DNA of 64,000 bases, taken from the IMG/VR virus record IMGVR_UViG_3300013902_000006. One strand, 5' to 3'. Positions 48,709-58,313 of the stretch are shown here, one piece after another; the first letter of the stretch is position 1; each line of letters opens with the position of its first letter. The notes below the pieces were generated by a model. That model was given only the letters and a program-made list of their open reading frames with translations, was not told the DNA's origin and did no database searches. The position numbers and the translations under genes are program-made. The stretch is from a virus (taxonomy: Duplodnaviria; Heunggongvirae; Uroviricota; Caudoviricetes).

Positions 48709-49032
48709 TTGAAACATAATATGTCATATTACGATAGATACAGTAGGTTTAGGGGTGAAAACAGCAGTCATATATTGCCTTATGTTGAAATAAACCCAAG
48801 TACCACAGATATTACGGTGGTTTTCAGCAAGGATACAATGCGAATGGACACTTTGTCTTACAAATATTACAACGATGCCAATTACGGATGGCTAATTATG
48901 ATGGCTAACCCTAAATGCGGTAGTTTGGAATATTCCATTCCTGATGGCACAGTGTTAAGGATTCCATATCCCTTGAATACCGCCATTAATAGATACGAGA
49001 ATGCAATTAACAGTTATATAGAATCTCATTGA
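48709..49032 (+). CDS. Baseplate wedge LysM/tail-X-like protein (T4 gp53-like)
   Basis: RMDTLSYKYYNDANYGWLIMMANP..IPDGTVLRIP. Likely start is the ATG at 48721. Confidence 0.7.
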   Translation: MKHNMSYYDRYSRFRGENSSHILPYVEINPSTTDITVVFSKDTMRMDTLSYKYYNDANYGWLIMMANPKCGSLEYSIPDGTVLRIPYPLNTAINRYENAINSYIESH

Positions 49033-49055
49033 TTAACCTTTATTAACTTAAAATA

Positions 49056-49087
49056 TTTGGATATTATATTTACTTCTCATAACTTTG
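49056..49087 (+). promoter_or_regulatory. Canonical Bacteroidota -33/-7 promoter
   Basis: TTTG (49056-49059), 20-nt spacer, TAACTTTG (49080-49087). Confidence 0.7.
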
Positions 49088-49119
49088 CAATATTATTAAC
49101 CAATTAATATTATAAAGTT

Positions 49120-49944
49120 ATGAGATTTTTTATTTTAATAATCAGTTTGTTGTTCACTTGTTCACTGTCGAATGCGCAGAGATTAAACCATCAAGGTAAG
49201 AAGATGGTTCGCAGTGTAATATGTTTCGTTCCTAACAAGAAAGACACTATAAAATATAATTTTTACTATGATGATGATGAATGTCGATTGATAAGAATGG
49301 ATAGACTGAGAAATAGTAGTCAAAATTATGGAAGATACCTATTGCGTAATCGTTTGGAATACAAAGATGGAAAGCTGCAAAGAACCGATTATGATGAGTA
49401 TGGGTATAAAAAGACTAAATTTATCTACTCTTATGTTTTGGATAGCGACAGGTATGTTGTAGAAAGAACGTTTAAAGATGTGTCAGGGACAGATAAATGG
49501 TACTTGAAAGAGGTTACGAGATTCACATATGACTACCCTTATAAGGATGAAATAAGACAAATAGTAAAAGAGAGTCATTATTCATTTATAGGTGAGACTA
49601 TTAAGGGCAAGAGGGTTGAGAAGGAGGTTGTCGGTGACAGATTTACTACTTGGTATGACATTATTGGTGGAAACACGTATCATCACGGTAGGAATGATAA
49701 ATATGCTTGTGAATACAACGATTTAAATATCAACGTTGGTTATTTATATCAAGGTAATTGGGATATTGAGAGAATGACTGAATGGTATAATTTCTATTCG
49801 GAATGTCTGCCATTGGAAGTAGTCAATAGCTATTATCGTTATACATTTACTGACAATGAGCCATATAATTTGATTAAGATAGAAAGAGTCAGTGATAGTA
49901 CAGGTAAAGTTTACAATACGTGGCTCATTGATTATGTATACTGA
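49120..49944 (+). CDS. Secreted hypothetical protein (signal peptide), moron-like
   Basis: MRFFILIISLLFTCSLSNA|Q is a Sec-type signal ending in an AxA-like site followed by Gln; the mature part is Tyr-rich and beta-rich. Confidence 0.65.
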   Translation: MRFFILIISLLFTCSLSNAQRLNHQGKKMVRSVICFVPNKKDTIKYNFYYDDDECRLIRMDRLRNSSQNYGRYLLRNRLEYKDGKLQRTDYDEYGYKKTKFIYSYVLDSDRYVVERTFKDVSGTDKWYLKEVTRFTYDYPYKDEIRQIVKESHYSFIGETIKGKRVEKEVVGDRFTTWYDIIGGNTYHHGRNDKYACEYNDLNINVGYLYQGNWDIERMTEWYNFYSECLPLEVVNSYYRYTFTDNEPYNLIKIERVSDSTGKVYNTWLIDYVY

Positions 49945-50016
49945 TTGATTTCAATGTCTGCACTAATTATCTTTATAATGTCGAATAGTATAAACTAATT
50001 TATTCATAACGAGATA

Positions 50017-53000
50017 ATGGCAGATGTTATAGGTCAAGAAGAAAGAATTAATAGAATATGTTATGTAGAACCGAATGATGTTTTCGATAGTATCGATGGT
50101 ATACCGGTAACTCCACCATATGAGGATTTTTCGATTGCCTTCGACTTAATAGTCAAGGTGGCTTCACGTTTCAGAAGTAACGAGGTACGTGGAAACAGTG
50201 GTGAGGTAGACGAGGATGGAAAGTATAAATGGGTCATATCATGGACGAGTACCCCTAAGCAGGGTACTCCTTCGTGGGTTACATTCATGTCTGGCAACGA
50301 TGTTGGAAATGGAACAAATTCATTGACAACGAACTATACTGATATATCGTTTGACCATTATTTCGAGGGAGAAGAAATTGAAGGATTAGGTGTAGAGCAA
50401 GTAAACGTAAGTTTCGAGAGTTGGTATACACCTACCGTATCCATTAAATTCGTCGATACAAGAGGCTCTGCTTTCTTTGGAAGAGAGGAGGCGATACATT
50501 ATAATGATAAACTAACGGCTGATAATGTATTCGGTTGCTTTGCGACGGTTCCATATCCTGAGTTCAAGTTACAAATCAAGGGATTCTTGGGTAAACCCGT
50601 GACTTATCAGTTGGCTTGCAGCAATTTCAAGGCGGAATTAAACTCACAGACAGGCAATTTTGAGTTCACAGTATCGTTTATTGGATATTCGTATGCCTTA
50701 TTGACTGATATTCCATTAGATTATCTCATTGCTGCACCCCATAATCCATATGTAGGTGTTGAATATTGGGATAAACATAAGACAGACCCAAAATGGCAAA
50801 TGGTCGGCGAGGATGGTAAGGCGGATAAGGAGCCTGTTCGATTAAGTAAGTTTTTCTTGGATATTGAAAATGCACAATCGGCATATAACGAGAGACAATC
50901 AGCAGTTTCAGACGGCACTAATAGTGATTTGAGTGCGGTACAACAAGAGAAGACATTATTAAACAATATATTAAGCAATTTCAATTCATTTTATCAAGGT
51001 CTCATAAAAGATGTAAACAATACGTATATAGATACAACCAACGAGAGCGATAAAAAGAGACAAATTATATTGTTTTCAGATAAAGAGAATATAAGGTTGG
51101 TGAATGCGAGTGGTGCATATAAGTCATTTGTCGAGGCTGTTAAGACTTATAATGACGCATTTAGCAGTACAATGATAGGTAAGGATAAGATGCCTAATGG
51201 ATGGGATGTGGATTGCCCTCTTGACATTAAGGGCGTCGATGCATTCAATCAATCGAAAGGAAAAAAGTTTACTCATAGTTCCGTCAAGGAGATAAAGTTT
51301 AATGATAATAGAAATTTAACGGATAGTTCGGTCAATAAAATATTAGAGGAATTTAAGAAAGATAAAAATAGTACCATAATACGTCGTTATTGTTACATAA
51401 TTGATTGTGGAACCTTGATAACTGACATATCGACTAATGTTGAGAACTTGGAAGCATCTAAAACCCGTATGGAGAAGGAGATAACTCAGTCAATAGAGGA
51501 AGATATAACGAGTATCCTTCCTTTCAAGCCATATATAGGTAATGTGTTCAAATTGCTATTCTGTCACCTTGAGACATTTTGCCATATAATGTATGAGGCT
51601 TCAAAGGATATACAGTCTGAGGCATTGAATGGTCTCAGAAGTCCATCAGTATTGGGTATTATTAATCTACAATCAGAAACTGATTTATCCGTTGATAGTG
51701 GAGACGGAAAGGACGTCACCGTGCCAGCGTGGGTTGGTATCATTAATTCGAAAGCCACTACAACCGATGGCGAGAATGTTACGGTTGAAGATGATGCTGA
51801 GACTTTCGGTTGGCCTGGTGATCTGAAAGGTGACTTTGTGGAGGAAAAAGTCGTATATGGCTTCGAGATGGCGATACAGTCAATCGAGGAAACAGAAAAG
51901 AGTCAAAAAGACGAGTCTACGGAATTGAACAGTTTCCCTATAACCACTTGTGATTTCAATAATAGTGGAAATATATTCAAGGGTGTAAGTGAATGTTCGT
52001 TGAGCGAGTTAAGTGGGTATTTGTCTATTAGGGCAGCACAGTTGTTTGGCGTAATGACCAAGAATATGCAGAACGACATTAATACTGTTAAACTTCTTGG
52101 TAATATCGATGCATACAACTACTACAATGCCATAGGCTCGATAAGTCTTATTCAAGGTAACATATTAAATAAGGCAGCAAACGAAGACATTTCAGACATC
52201 GTAGTTGGTATATCGGAATGCGACTCAAACTATGACAAGTATGGAGTATTGTCAACCAACACTGATAAGGAAAGACATAAATTCGAGACGGTTCTTAAGG
52301 TGAATGGTGTAGATAATGATAGACATCCATTCTTTAAGGATGGTAAATGGGTGCATTATTATGACAAAAAGGGAGTATCGTTGATACCATCAAAGTTTAG
52401 AAACTACAATGACTACCAACGGGATTATGTGTATGACGTGGATGGAGGGAAACCTTATTTTGTGCCTGCATATCAAGAGAACAATTATAATGTAGATGCA
52501 ATGCAGAACACTTTATATCCTTCCGATACAGTTCGTTTAAATAAGAAGTGTATATCATTGGATATGTTCAATATATTCAATGATGTTGATTATGTTAATT
52601 CTGTCGTGAAACGTTATGAAACACTGAATAGTGGCAGCGTAAAGGTAATCAACTATGATATAACAGATGACAGTGGACTTAAAACGTTCACGGAAAAATA
52701 TTGGAAGGTAAGCGACGAAAGGTATGCAAAATTTTTTAATTCCAAGAATATGCTGAGTGCAAATCTTGGGACAATAGGCATTAATACAGACGACTTGTTT
52801 ATGAGTGAATTGAGTACCGTCTCGGCAAATCCCGTATTGAAGAACGAGGATAGTCGCAAGACTTTGCCTGATTTCAATGGGTGGTATACTACGTCAAAAT
52901 ATAAGAATAGTGTCGAATGTAAAACAGATGGTACTTGGACGGTTACAACAAATAGTGGCTCGAACGATGTGTCTACCGATGACCTTGTAATACAGGATTT

Positions 53001-56000
53001 AAAACAGTATTTTTATCTGAACAATACGGTAAAGTATAGCGTAAATATCTTTGGTAGCCCTTTTTATTATTTGCAATCTGAAAAGATAACCAATAAAGAT
53101 ACCCAAAGAAACGTTAAAGCCTTGTTGTTCTTGCATACATTTAAATACAATTATGCGAATATATTGAATGTGTTTGCAAAAGACAAGGCAAACGGTTGTA
53201 TTGAATGTGTGCCTTATGGGTATTTGTTGTTATTGGGGGGTCTTTTGTGGAGAAAGAGACAAGCAAAAGATCCGATAGCTTATATGGATGATACTAAAAA
53301 CTACCGTCCTTGTAGTAAAGACTATGCCTTGTTTACCAAGATAGGAGGAGAGTATTATTTTACCGTTGGTAATAATGATGCGACAACAGCGCATATGTAT
53401 AATGTCACCTTGAGTAGTTTGTTGGGAGGTAATTCTTCAATTGATTATAACATCGAGGAACAATTGGTAGAATTATTCCTTAATTTCAGCAAGAATGATT
53501 TCGGGACAATTAAAAACTCGTTAGAGATTAGTGATTGGTACGTTGTGAAGGAAAAGTTGTCACGTGAGTATACACCTAAATATTTGTGTGAAGATACAGC
53601 AGAATTCTACAAAAGATGGAATAATGTGGGTCATTATCTGAAAGTCAAAGGTAAAAATGAACTAATGACAATAAAGAGTAATATGAGATGGATACGTAAT
53701 AACGGAATTTGTATGAATAACGATTCTGTTATTAGATATAGGATGCTTGCCGTCGAAGATGGCAGGAATACTAAGGGTATTTATGGCTTTAAGATGCTGT
53801 TCAATGAGGATGATAAGGATATGCAGTCTAAATTAAAGGACTTGTACCTTAGAAAGTGTCTTGTATCAGATTCCTGTGCAAGGGTAATGGGTAATAATAG
53901 CAAGACTTCGGTGAACGATGTCGTTACGGTAGACAAGAGTGTATTTAAAGCTTATGTAAAAGGTTTTACCGATAAGTTGAAAGACATAGTTAGTACTACT
54001 TCCAAGGTAATGACAACTGATAGTGATTTAAGTCCTACACAAAACGATAGATTGAATTATAATAGAAACCTTTGCGTTGCGATTTACTATTATTTAAAAA
54101 ATGTATGGGATAGATGGATGGTAGGTAAGGCAGAAAACACATATGACGTAGCTACTTTCTTCGATAATGATTTCATCTTTATGGATTCATTCTATCGCAA
54201 TACATATTACCGTTTACCAATGAACTGTCAGAAGATAATAGATGCCTATCACGGTGCTGCGAAAGACAAGAGTCTGTATAGTTTCATCGGTGATTTGTGT
54301 AAGGAACACGATTGTTGGTTTGTGGCAGTTCCTGATTTTATACATTTTACGGGTGAAGACACAACGGACGGTCATAACAAGGAAGGAATGTATTCGGATA
54401 TCGAGACGATGAAAGATGTATTTAGACCGATGCCTTATAACGAGATACCGGCACCACAGAATAATAATAAATTCGTAATCATTTATATACATAAGTTGTC
54501 GGAAGTACCGTCAAATATTAATAATTTCAGATATGATAGTTTCGACATTTGGTCACATACAGACGGGTTTAATGTTGCACCGCCGATATTTAAGTCTGAT
54601 AGATTACTTGAAAATTCAGATGATACCATAACGAGATTGGGTTATAAAGTGCCTTCGTTCGGCGTTAGTTTCGCAAGGCAGAATCAGCATTTATTCAAGA
54701 ACATCAAGGTTGATATGAATAACCCTGTCCAGACCGAACAAGCGATTAAGACGTGGCATAATCTGATAAGCGTCGGTAAGTCGAGTGAGAGAAAAATCGC
54801 ATTTACGGGACAGGATGTATTTAATATCTATACGAACTATTCTTATGAATGTGAGGTTGAGATGCTTGGCAATGCACAAATATGTCCTTTGATGTATTTC
54901 CAATTGCTTAATGTACCGATGTGGAGAGGTACTTATATGATTTACAAGGTGATTCATAATATGACACCTGGTAACATGACGACGACCTTCAGAGGTGTGA
55001 AACTGTGTCGTTTCCCTAAGCCGTTTAGTACCTCGTTCTTCGTACAGAAACCTGACTGTGATACAAGAAACAATGAGTATAATAACGGTGATTATAGTAG
55101 TGGAGGAGGCAAATATTTCACGGAGGAATATAAGAAGGCTACTACGTGGAGAAAGGATTGGTATCATGATAAGGATACAGGTAATGCTAAAACTGTGGAA
55201 GGGTTAGGTATCGATTCAAGAAATGGCATTACAAGAAATGAAAAATTAGTCTCGTTGTTCAACAGGTTATATGAGGAGATTGCGTCCTTGTCGGAGAATC
55301 AGCCAAAGATGAAATGGAATGTCGTGCTTAGTCATGTTCTAAGAAGTGGCAGCGGTTCAGCACATTGTCAGGGAAATGCAATGGATTTGACAATAGCGTA
55401 CTATAACAAAAATGGAAAGGTTATTTCCACTCCTCAGACATCGTCACCGATGCCAGAACTCGCAAGGGTAACGGATATAATGGCAAGATTACATTTGAAT
55501 GAGATAGACCAATTGATATTGGAGTACAAAAATGCCCAGAATATGGTACCCGGTAAATACGATAAATATAATGTCTTGCATGTGGGTGTACTTAGTCTTA
55601 CAGGAACAATACGTCACGAGTGTTGGATAGGGGTTATCGGTGGGTCAATGGGGTATACTCGCATTGATAGATATTATCCTAATGATTTCTTAAAGAAAGT
55701 AAATCCTAAGTTTGACGAGACTGCTGGTAATGCATATCGTGCGAACAAGACCAATTTTAAAAAGAGTTTCCGTAATTATTGTGATTATTCTGACGATGTA
55801 TTAGAGAAGCATTTTGGGAGAAGTGATGGCTCGGCATTCAATAGATGGATGGAATGGACGATACAATTGGAAGGGGGTGATAAAAAAACTACAGCGACAC
55901 CTCATGGGTATGGAATACAGGATAACGCATGGCAGACATATCATGAGAAGACAGGTCGAAACGACTATAATTATAAGAATTATTACAAATGGTTATGGGA

Positions 56001-56316
56001 TAGTGGAAAGGCTTCACAAGTGAAGGATGAGAATGTTGCGATTATATATGCGAGAGGACACTTTCATTTTCATAGTTTGATTACCCCAGATATTATCAAT
56101 TCACTGAATAGTATGCAACCTCAGAAGGCATTTAATAAGGTAATGAAGCTGTATGGTAAGTGTATGATGGAATATAATGAAGGCAAAACTTTCAAGACAC
56201 ATGAAGGGTGGCGTAAAATAATATATAATACAAAATATGGCGATTACCATAATGTATACAATGATAAAAATCATCCTACCGTTGAAGAAGTTAAAAATTA
56301 TATAAATTCTCTTTAA
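50017..56316 (+). CDS. Large baseplate hub / tail-associated lysin (2099 aa) with C-terminal M15-like peptidase and GH108-like segments
   Basis: Follows the gp53-like gene. Contains R..SAHCQGNAMD (H-x6-D), DQLILEY and LHVG, then FNRWMEWTIQLEGG..YGI. Confidence 0.6.
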   Translation: MADVIGQEERINRICYVEPNDVFDSIDGIPVTPPYEDFSIAFDLIVKVASRFRSNEVRGNSGEVDEDGKYKWVISWTSTPKQGTPSWVTFMSGNDVGNGTNSLTTNYTDISFDHYFEGEEIEGLGVEQVNVSFESWYTPTVSIKFVDTRGSAFFGREEAIHYNDKLTADNVFGCFATVPYPEFKLQIKGFLGKPVTYQLACSNFKAELNSQTGNFEFTVSFIGYSYALLTDIPLDYLIAAPHNPYVGVEYWDKHKTDPKWQMVGEDGKADKEPVRLSKFFLDIENAQSAYNERQSAVSDGTNSDLSAVQQEKTLLNNILSNFNSFYQGLIKDVNNTYIDTTNESDKKRQIILFSDKENIRLVNASGAYKSFVEAVKTYNDAFSSTMIGKDKMPNGWDVDCPLDIKGVDAFNQSKGKKFTHSSVKEIKFNDNRNLTDSSVNKILEEFKKDKNSTIIRRYCYIIDCGTLITDISTNVENLEASKTRMEKEITQSIEEDITSILPFKPYIGNVFKLLFCHLETFCHIMYEASKDIQSEALNGLRSPSVLGIINLQSETDLSVDSGDGKDVTVPAWVGIINSKATTTDGENVTVEDDAETFGWPGDLKGDFVEEKVVYGFEMAIQSIEETEKSQKDESTELNSFPITTCDFNNSGNIFKGVSECSLSELSGYLSIRAAQLFGVMTKNMQNDINTVKLLGNIDAYNYYNAIGSISLIQGNILNKAANEDISDIVVGISECDSNYDKYGVLSTNTDKERHKFETVLKVNGVDNDRHPFFKDGKWVHYYDKKGVSLIPSKFRNYNDYQRDYVYDVDGGKPYFVPAYQENNYNVDAMQNTLYPSDTVRLNKKCISLDMFNIFNDVDYVNSVVKRYETLNSGSVKVINYDITDDSGLKTFTEKYWKVSDERYAKFFNSKNMLSANLGTIGINTDDLFMSELSTVSANPVLKNEDSRKTLPDFNGWYTTSKYKNSVECKTDGTWTVTTNSGSNDVSTDDLVIQDLKQYFYLNNTVKYSVNIFGSPFYYLQSEKITNKDTQRNVKALLFLHTFKYNYANILNVFAKDKANGCIECVPYGYLLLLGGLLWRKRQAKDPIAYMDDTKNYRPCSKDYALFTKIGGEYYFTVGNNDATTAHMYNVTLSSLLGGNSSIDYNIEEQLVELFLNFSKNDFGTIKNSLEISDWYVVKEKLSREYTPKYLCEDTAEFYKRWNNVGHYLKVKGKNELMTIKSNMRWIRNNGICMNNDSVIRYRMLAVEDGRNTKGIYGFKMLFNEDDKDMQSKLKDLYLRKCLVSDSCARVMGNNSKTSVNDVVTVDKSVFKAYVKGFTDKLKDIVSTTSKVMTTDSDLSPTQNDRLNYNRNLCVAIYYYLKNVWDRWMVGKAENTYDVATFFDNDFIFMDSFYRNTYYRLPMNCQKIIDAYHGAAKDKSLYSFIGDLCKEHDCWFVAVPDFIHFTGEDTTDGHNKEGMYSDIETMKDVFRPMPYNEIPAPQNNNKFVIIYIHKLSEVPSNINNFRYDSFDIWSHTDGFNVAPPIFKSDRLLENSDDTITRLGYKVPSFGVSFARQNQHLFKNIKVDMNNPVQTEQAIKTWHNLISVGKSSERKIAFTGQDVFNIYTNYSYECEVEMLGNAQICPLMYFQLLNVPMWRGTYMIYKVIHNMTPGNMTTTFRGVKLCRFPKPFSTSFFVQKPDCDTRNNEYNNGDYSSGGGKYFTEEYKKATTWRKDWYHDKDTGNAKTVEGLGIDSRNGITRNEKLVSLFNRLYEEIASLSENQPKMKWNVVLSHVLRSGSGSAHCQGNAMDLTIAYYNKNGKVISTPQTSSPMPELARVTDIMARLHLNEIDQLILEYKNAQNMVPGKYDKYNVLHVGVLSLTGTIRHECWIGVIGGSMGYTRIDRYYPNDFLKKVNPKFDETAGNAYRANKTNFKKSFRNYCDYSDDVLEKHFGRSDGSAFNRWMEWTIQLEGGDKKTTATPHGYGIQDNAWQTYHEKTGRNDYNYKNYYKWLWDSGKASQVKDENVAIIYARGHFHFHSLITPDIINSLNSMQPQKAFNKVMKLYGKCMMEYNEGKTFKTHEGWRKIIYNTKYGDYHNVYNDKNHPTVEEVKNYINSL

Positions 56317-56327
56317 TCAGAGAAAAA

Positions 56328-56339
56328 GTAGTATGTTTG
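56328..56339 (+). promoter_or_regulatory. Bacteroidota-type promoter (GTAG TATGTTTG)
   Basis: TAnnTTTG 26 nt upstream of the 203-aa gene. Confidence 0.55.
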
Positions 56340-56365
56340 TGGCGTTTAATGTAAAATGTTAGTTT

Positions 56366-56977
56366 ATGCAAAAAGTTTTGGCAAATGTAATTACTGATTT
56401 GACGAGGATTAAATTCGATATAAAGGTAAATAAGTGTAAGAGCATGGATGAGATAGAAAAATCTCTTCCTACTCTTATTATTGGTTATAAGAATGCAAAG
56501 AAATATATAAAGGATTTCAATATTTTAAAAAAAGCATATCCGAAGCAAAATTTATGGTGGACATTTAGCAAGACGGAGAGAGGAGTCGATTTTCAAGACG
56601 ATATATACAAATTTTGTCTCGAAGCCGTGGACAATATTGTTGATAAGGTAGAATATTCGTATGTCGATTATTTAGATTGTTCATTGGGAAAAGGTAAAAA
56701 GGTATTGAGCTATCTTATGTCATCTAATGATTATAAGGTAGCGTACATTGACGGTAATAATTTTCTTTACTTGTATAGTCCTCATTTCAAGAAGGTATGG
56801 GGTTTTTCCTTGGGTACAATGATGTTTTATGGTGTTAAGCAACGGAGTATCGAAAAGGTGTTAAATAATATTAAGAATACCCAATGGATTAAGAATTTCG
56901 CAAAGATACCTATCAAGGTAAAAAGATTGATAGGTGATAGAACGCACAATAATATCGTGTTATATGATTATTTTTGA
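56366..56977 (+). CDS. Hypothetical protein (203 aa)
   Basis: ORF with its own promoter motif; no function recognised. Confidence 0.6.
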   Translation: MQKVLANVITDLTRIKFDIKVNKCKSMDEIEKSLPTLIIGYKNAKKYIKDFNILKKAYPKQNLWWTFSKTERGVDFQDDIYKFCLEAVDNIVDKVEYSYVDYLDCSLGKGKKVLSYLMSSNDYKVAYIDGNNFLYLYSPHFKKVWGFSLGTMMFYGVKQRSIEKVLNNIKNTQWIKNFAKIPIKVKRLIGDRTHNNIVLYDYF

Positions 56978-56986
56978 AATTAGTTA

Positions 56987-56994
56987 ATATTTAT
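56987..56994 (+). promoter_or_regulatory. Candidate late promoter motif ATATTTAT
   Basis: Lies 23 nt upstream of the 103-aa gene. Confidence 0.4.
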
Positions 56995-57017
56995 CTTTAT
57001 AAAGAAATGTAATAGAG

Positions 57018-57329
57018 ATGGTACAAAGATTTTTCGGTAAAAGACCGTTAAAGAAGTATGTCAGACCTTTGAAGAATTCTGCCGTGCAACATAAGATTGT
57101 AATTGAACAATCAAAAAATGATACAGATGAATCCAAGGTCGATAATAATGAATTAAATAACACTGACGATATGAATGACGAGAGACTTGCCAAAGTAGAA
57201 GCATTGGCTGGTGTAAAAGCACCAAAAAGAAAGGTAAAGGTTGAAAAGAAAGATAAGGGATTGATTGAACGTACTGAGAATAGTACAATCGTTTTGACCG
57301 AGGAAAATAAGATGATGTTGAACGATTAA
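57018..57329 (+). CDS. Hypothetical protein (103 aa)
   Basis: Co-oriented ORF ending 4 nt before the next gene. Confidence 0.6.
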   Translation: MVQRFFGKRPLKKYVRPLKNSAVQHKIVIEQSKNDTDESKVDNNELNNTDDMNDERLAKVEALAGVKAPKRKVKVEKKDKGLIERTENSTIVLTEENKMMLND

Positions 57330-57333
57330 CAAT

Positions 57334-58164
57334 ATGGCAGACAGAAAACTTATCGAGGAATATAAACTGTCTGAAGCCGTCAATCGTTTTAAACAGATAA
57401 ACGAATATACTTTCATTACATCAGCACCATTGACTGAGGAAGGCGACGATGAAAACGGAAGTGGTAATGAGCAACAGTCTGGAATGAATGGGGGTAACGA
57501 TATACCTCAAGGTCAACCATCGGACGGAAGTCAGCCACAGATGGGTATGGATAATGGACAGCCACAACAGATGCCTCAACAACCAACGGATGCAAATGCC
57601 CCTCAACAACAGGAACAAGGTATACAGCAACAAACTCCTCCTCTCGGTGATGCAAACGGTAATGGTGAGCAACTACCGATGGACAATACCGAGATAGGCG
57701 TAACTGACGATGGAACGGACGAGATACAGCCTGATGATGAAGTAATTGACGTTGACGACTTGACTAATGCACAAGAAGATACCGAGGAAAAAGTCGACGG
57801 TGTCAGTCATCAGTTGCTTAGACTGTTGAAGGTCGTGACAAAGTATAACGACGCAATAGATAGACAGAATCAAGAAATCGAGGACTTAAAGAAGGAATTC
57901 GAAAGAAGAAATCCTACGGAAGAGGAACAATTGAACATAAGGTCTCAAGCGGGTTATCCTTATTCTGAACAACCAAAGGATTATTGGAAGAAGAAGATAA
58001 AAGATAATCCTAATTATAATGTAATGTTCGATAATGATGTTCCTACTGATAAGGAACAAGAGAAATTTGATATAAAGGACAGCGATTTGAATGGTCTTAA
58101 TTATAAGAGTATTTCGGATTCTTTCGATGATGATATGAAATTGTCCGATTTTTTAAATTTCTGA
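57334..58164 (+). CDS. Hypothetical acidic/Gln-rich protein (276 aa), possibly head-associated
   Basis: N-terminal LIEE/LSE/INE/LTE motifs, Q/P/G low-complexity linker and a coiled coil. Confidence 0.6.
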   Translation: MADRKLIEEYKLSEAVNRFKQINEYTFITSAPLTEEGDDENGSGNEQQSGMNGGNDIPQGQPSDGSQPQMGMDNGQPQQMPQQPTDANAPQQQEQGIQQQTPPLGDANGNGEQLPMDNTEIGVTDDGTDEIQPDDEVIDVDDLTNAQEDTEEKVDGVSHQLLRLLKVVTKYNDAIDRQNQEIEDLKKEFERRNPTEEEQLNIRSQAGYPYSEQPKDYWKKKIKDNPNYNVMFDNDVPTDKEQEKFDIKDSDLNGLNYKSISDSFDDDMKLSDFLNF

Positions 58165-58171
58165 TATTTAT

Positions 58172-58222
58172 ATAATGAGGAAGTAAAAGAAGTTAATTTT
58201 CTAGAATTTCCTCATTATTTTT
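58172..58222 (+). terminator. Long hairpin terminator upstream of the gp32 promoter
   Basis: Stem ataatgaggaagt / atttcctcattat with inner pairing, followed by a T run. Confidence 0.65.
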
Positions 58223-58240
58223 ATTAAAATGCAAGAGTAA

Positions 58241-58252
58241 GTAGTATATTTG
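58241..58252 (+). promoter_or_regulatory. Bacteroidota-type promoter (GTAG TATATTTG) for gp32
   Basis: Exact match to the recurring 12-mer. Confidence 0.6.
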
Positions 58253-58313
58253 AAACGTGAAACCTAATGGCTTATATTGAAATAACATTTGAAATTAATT
58301 TTATGTAAAAAAT

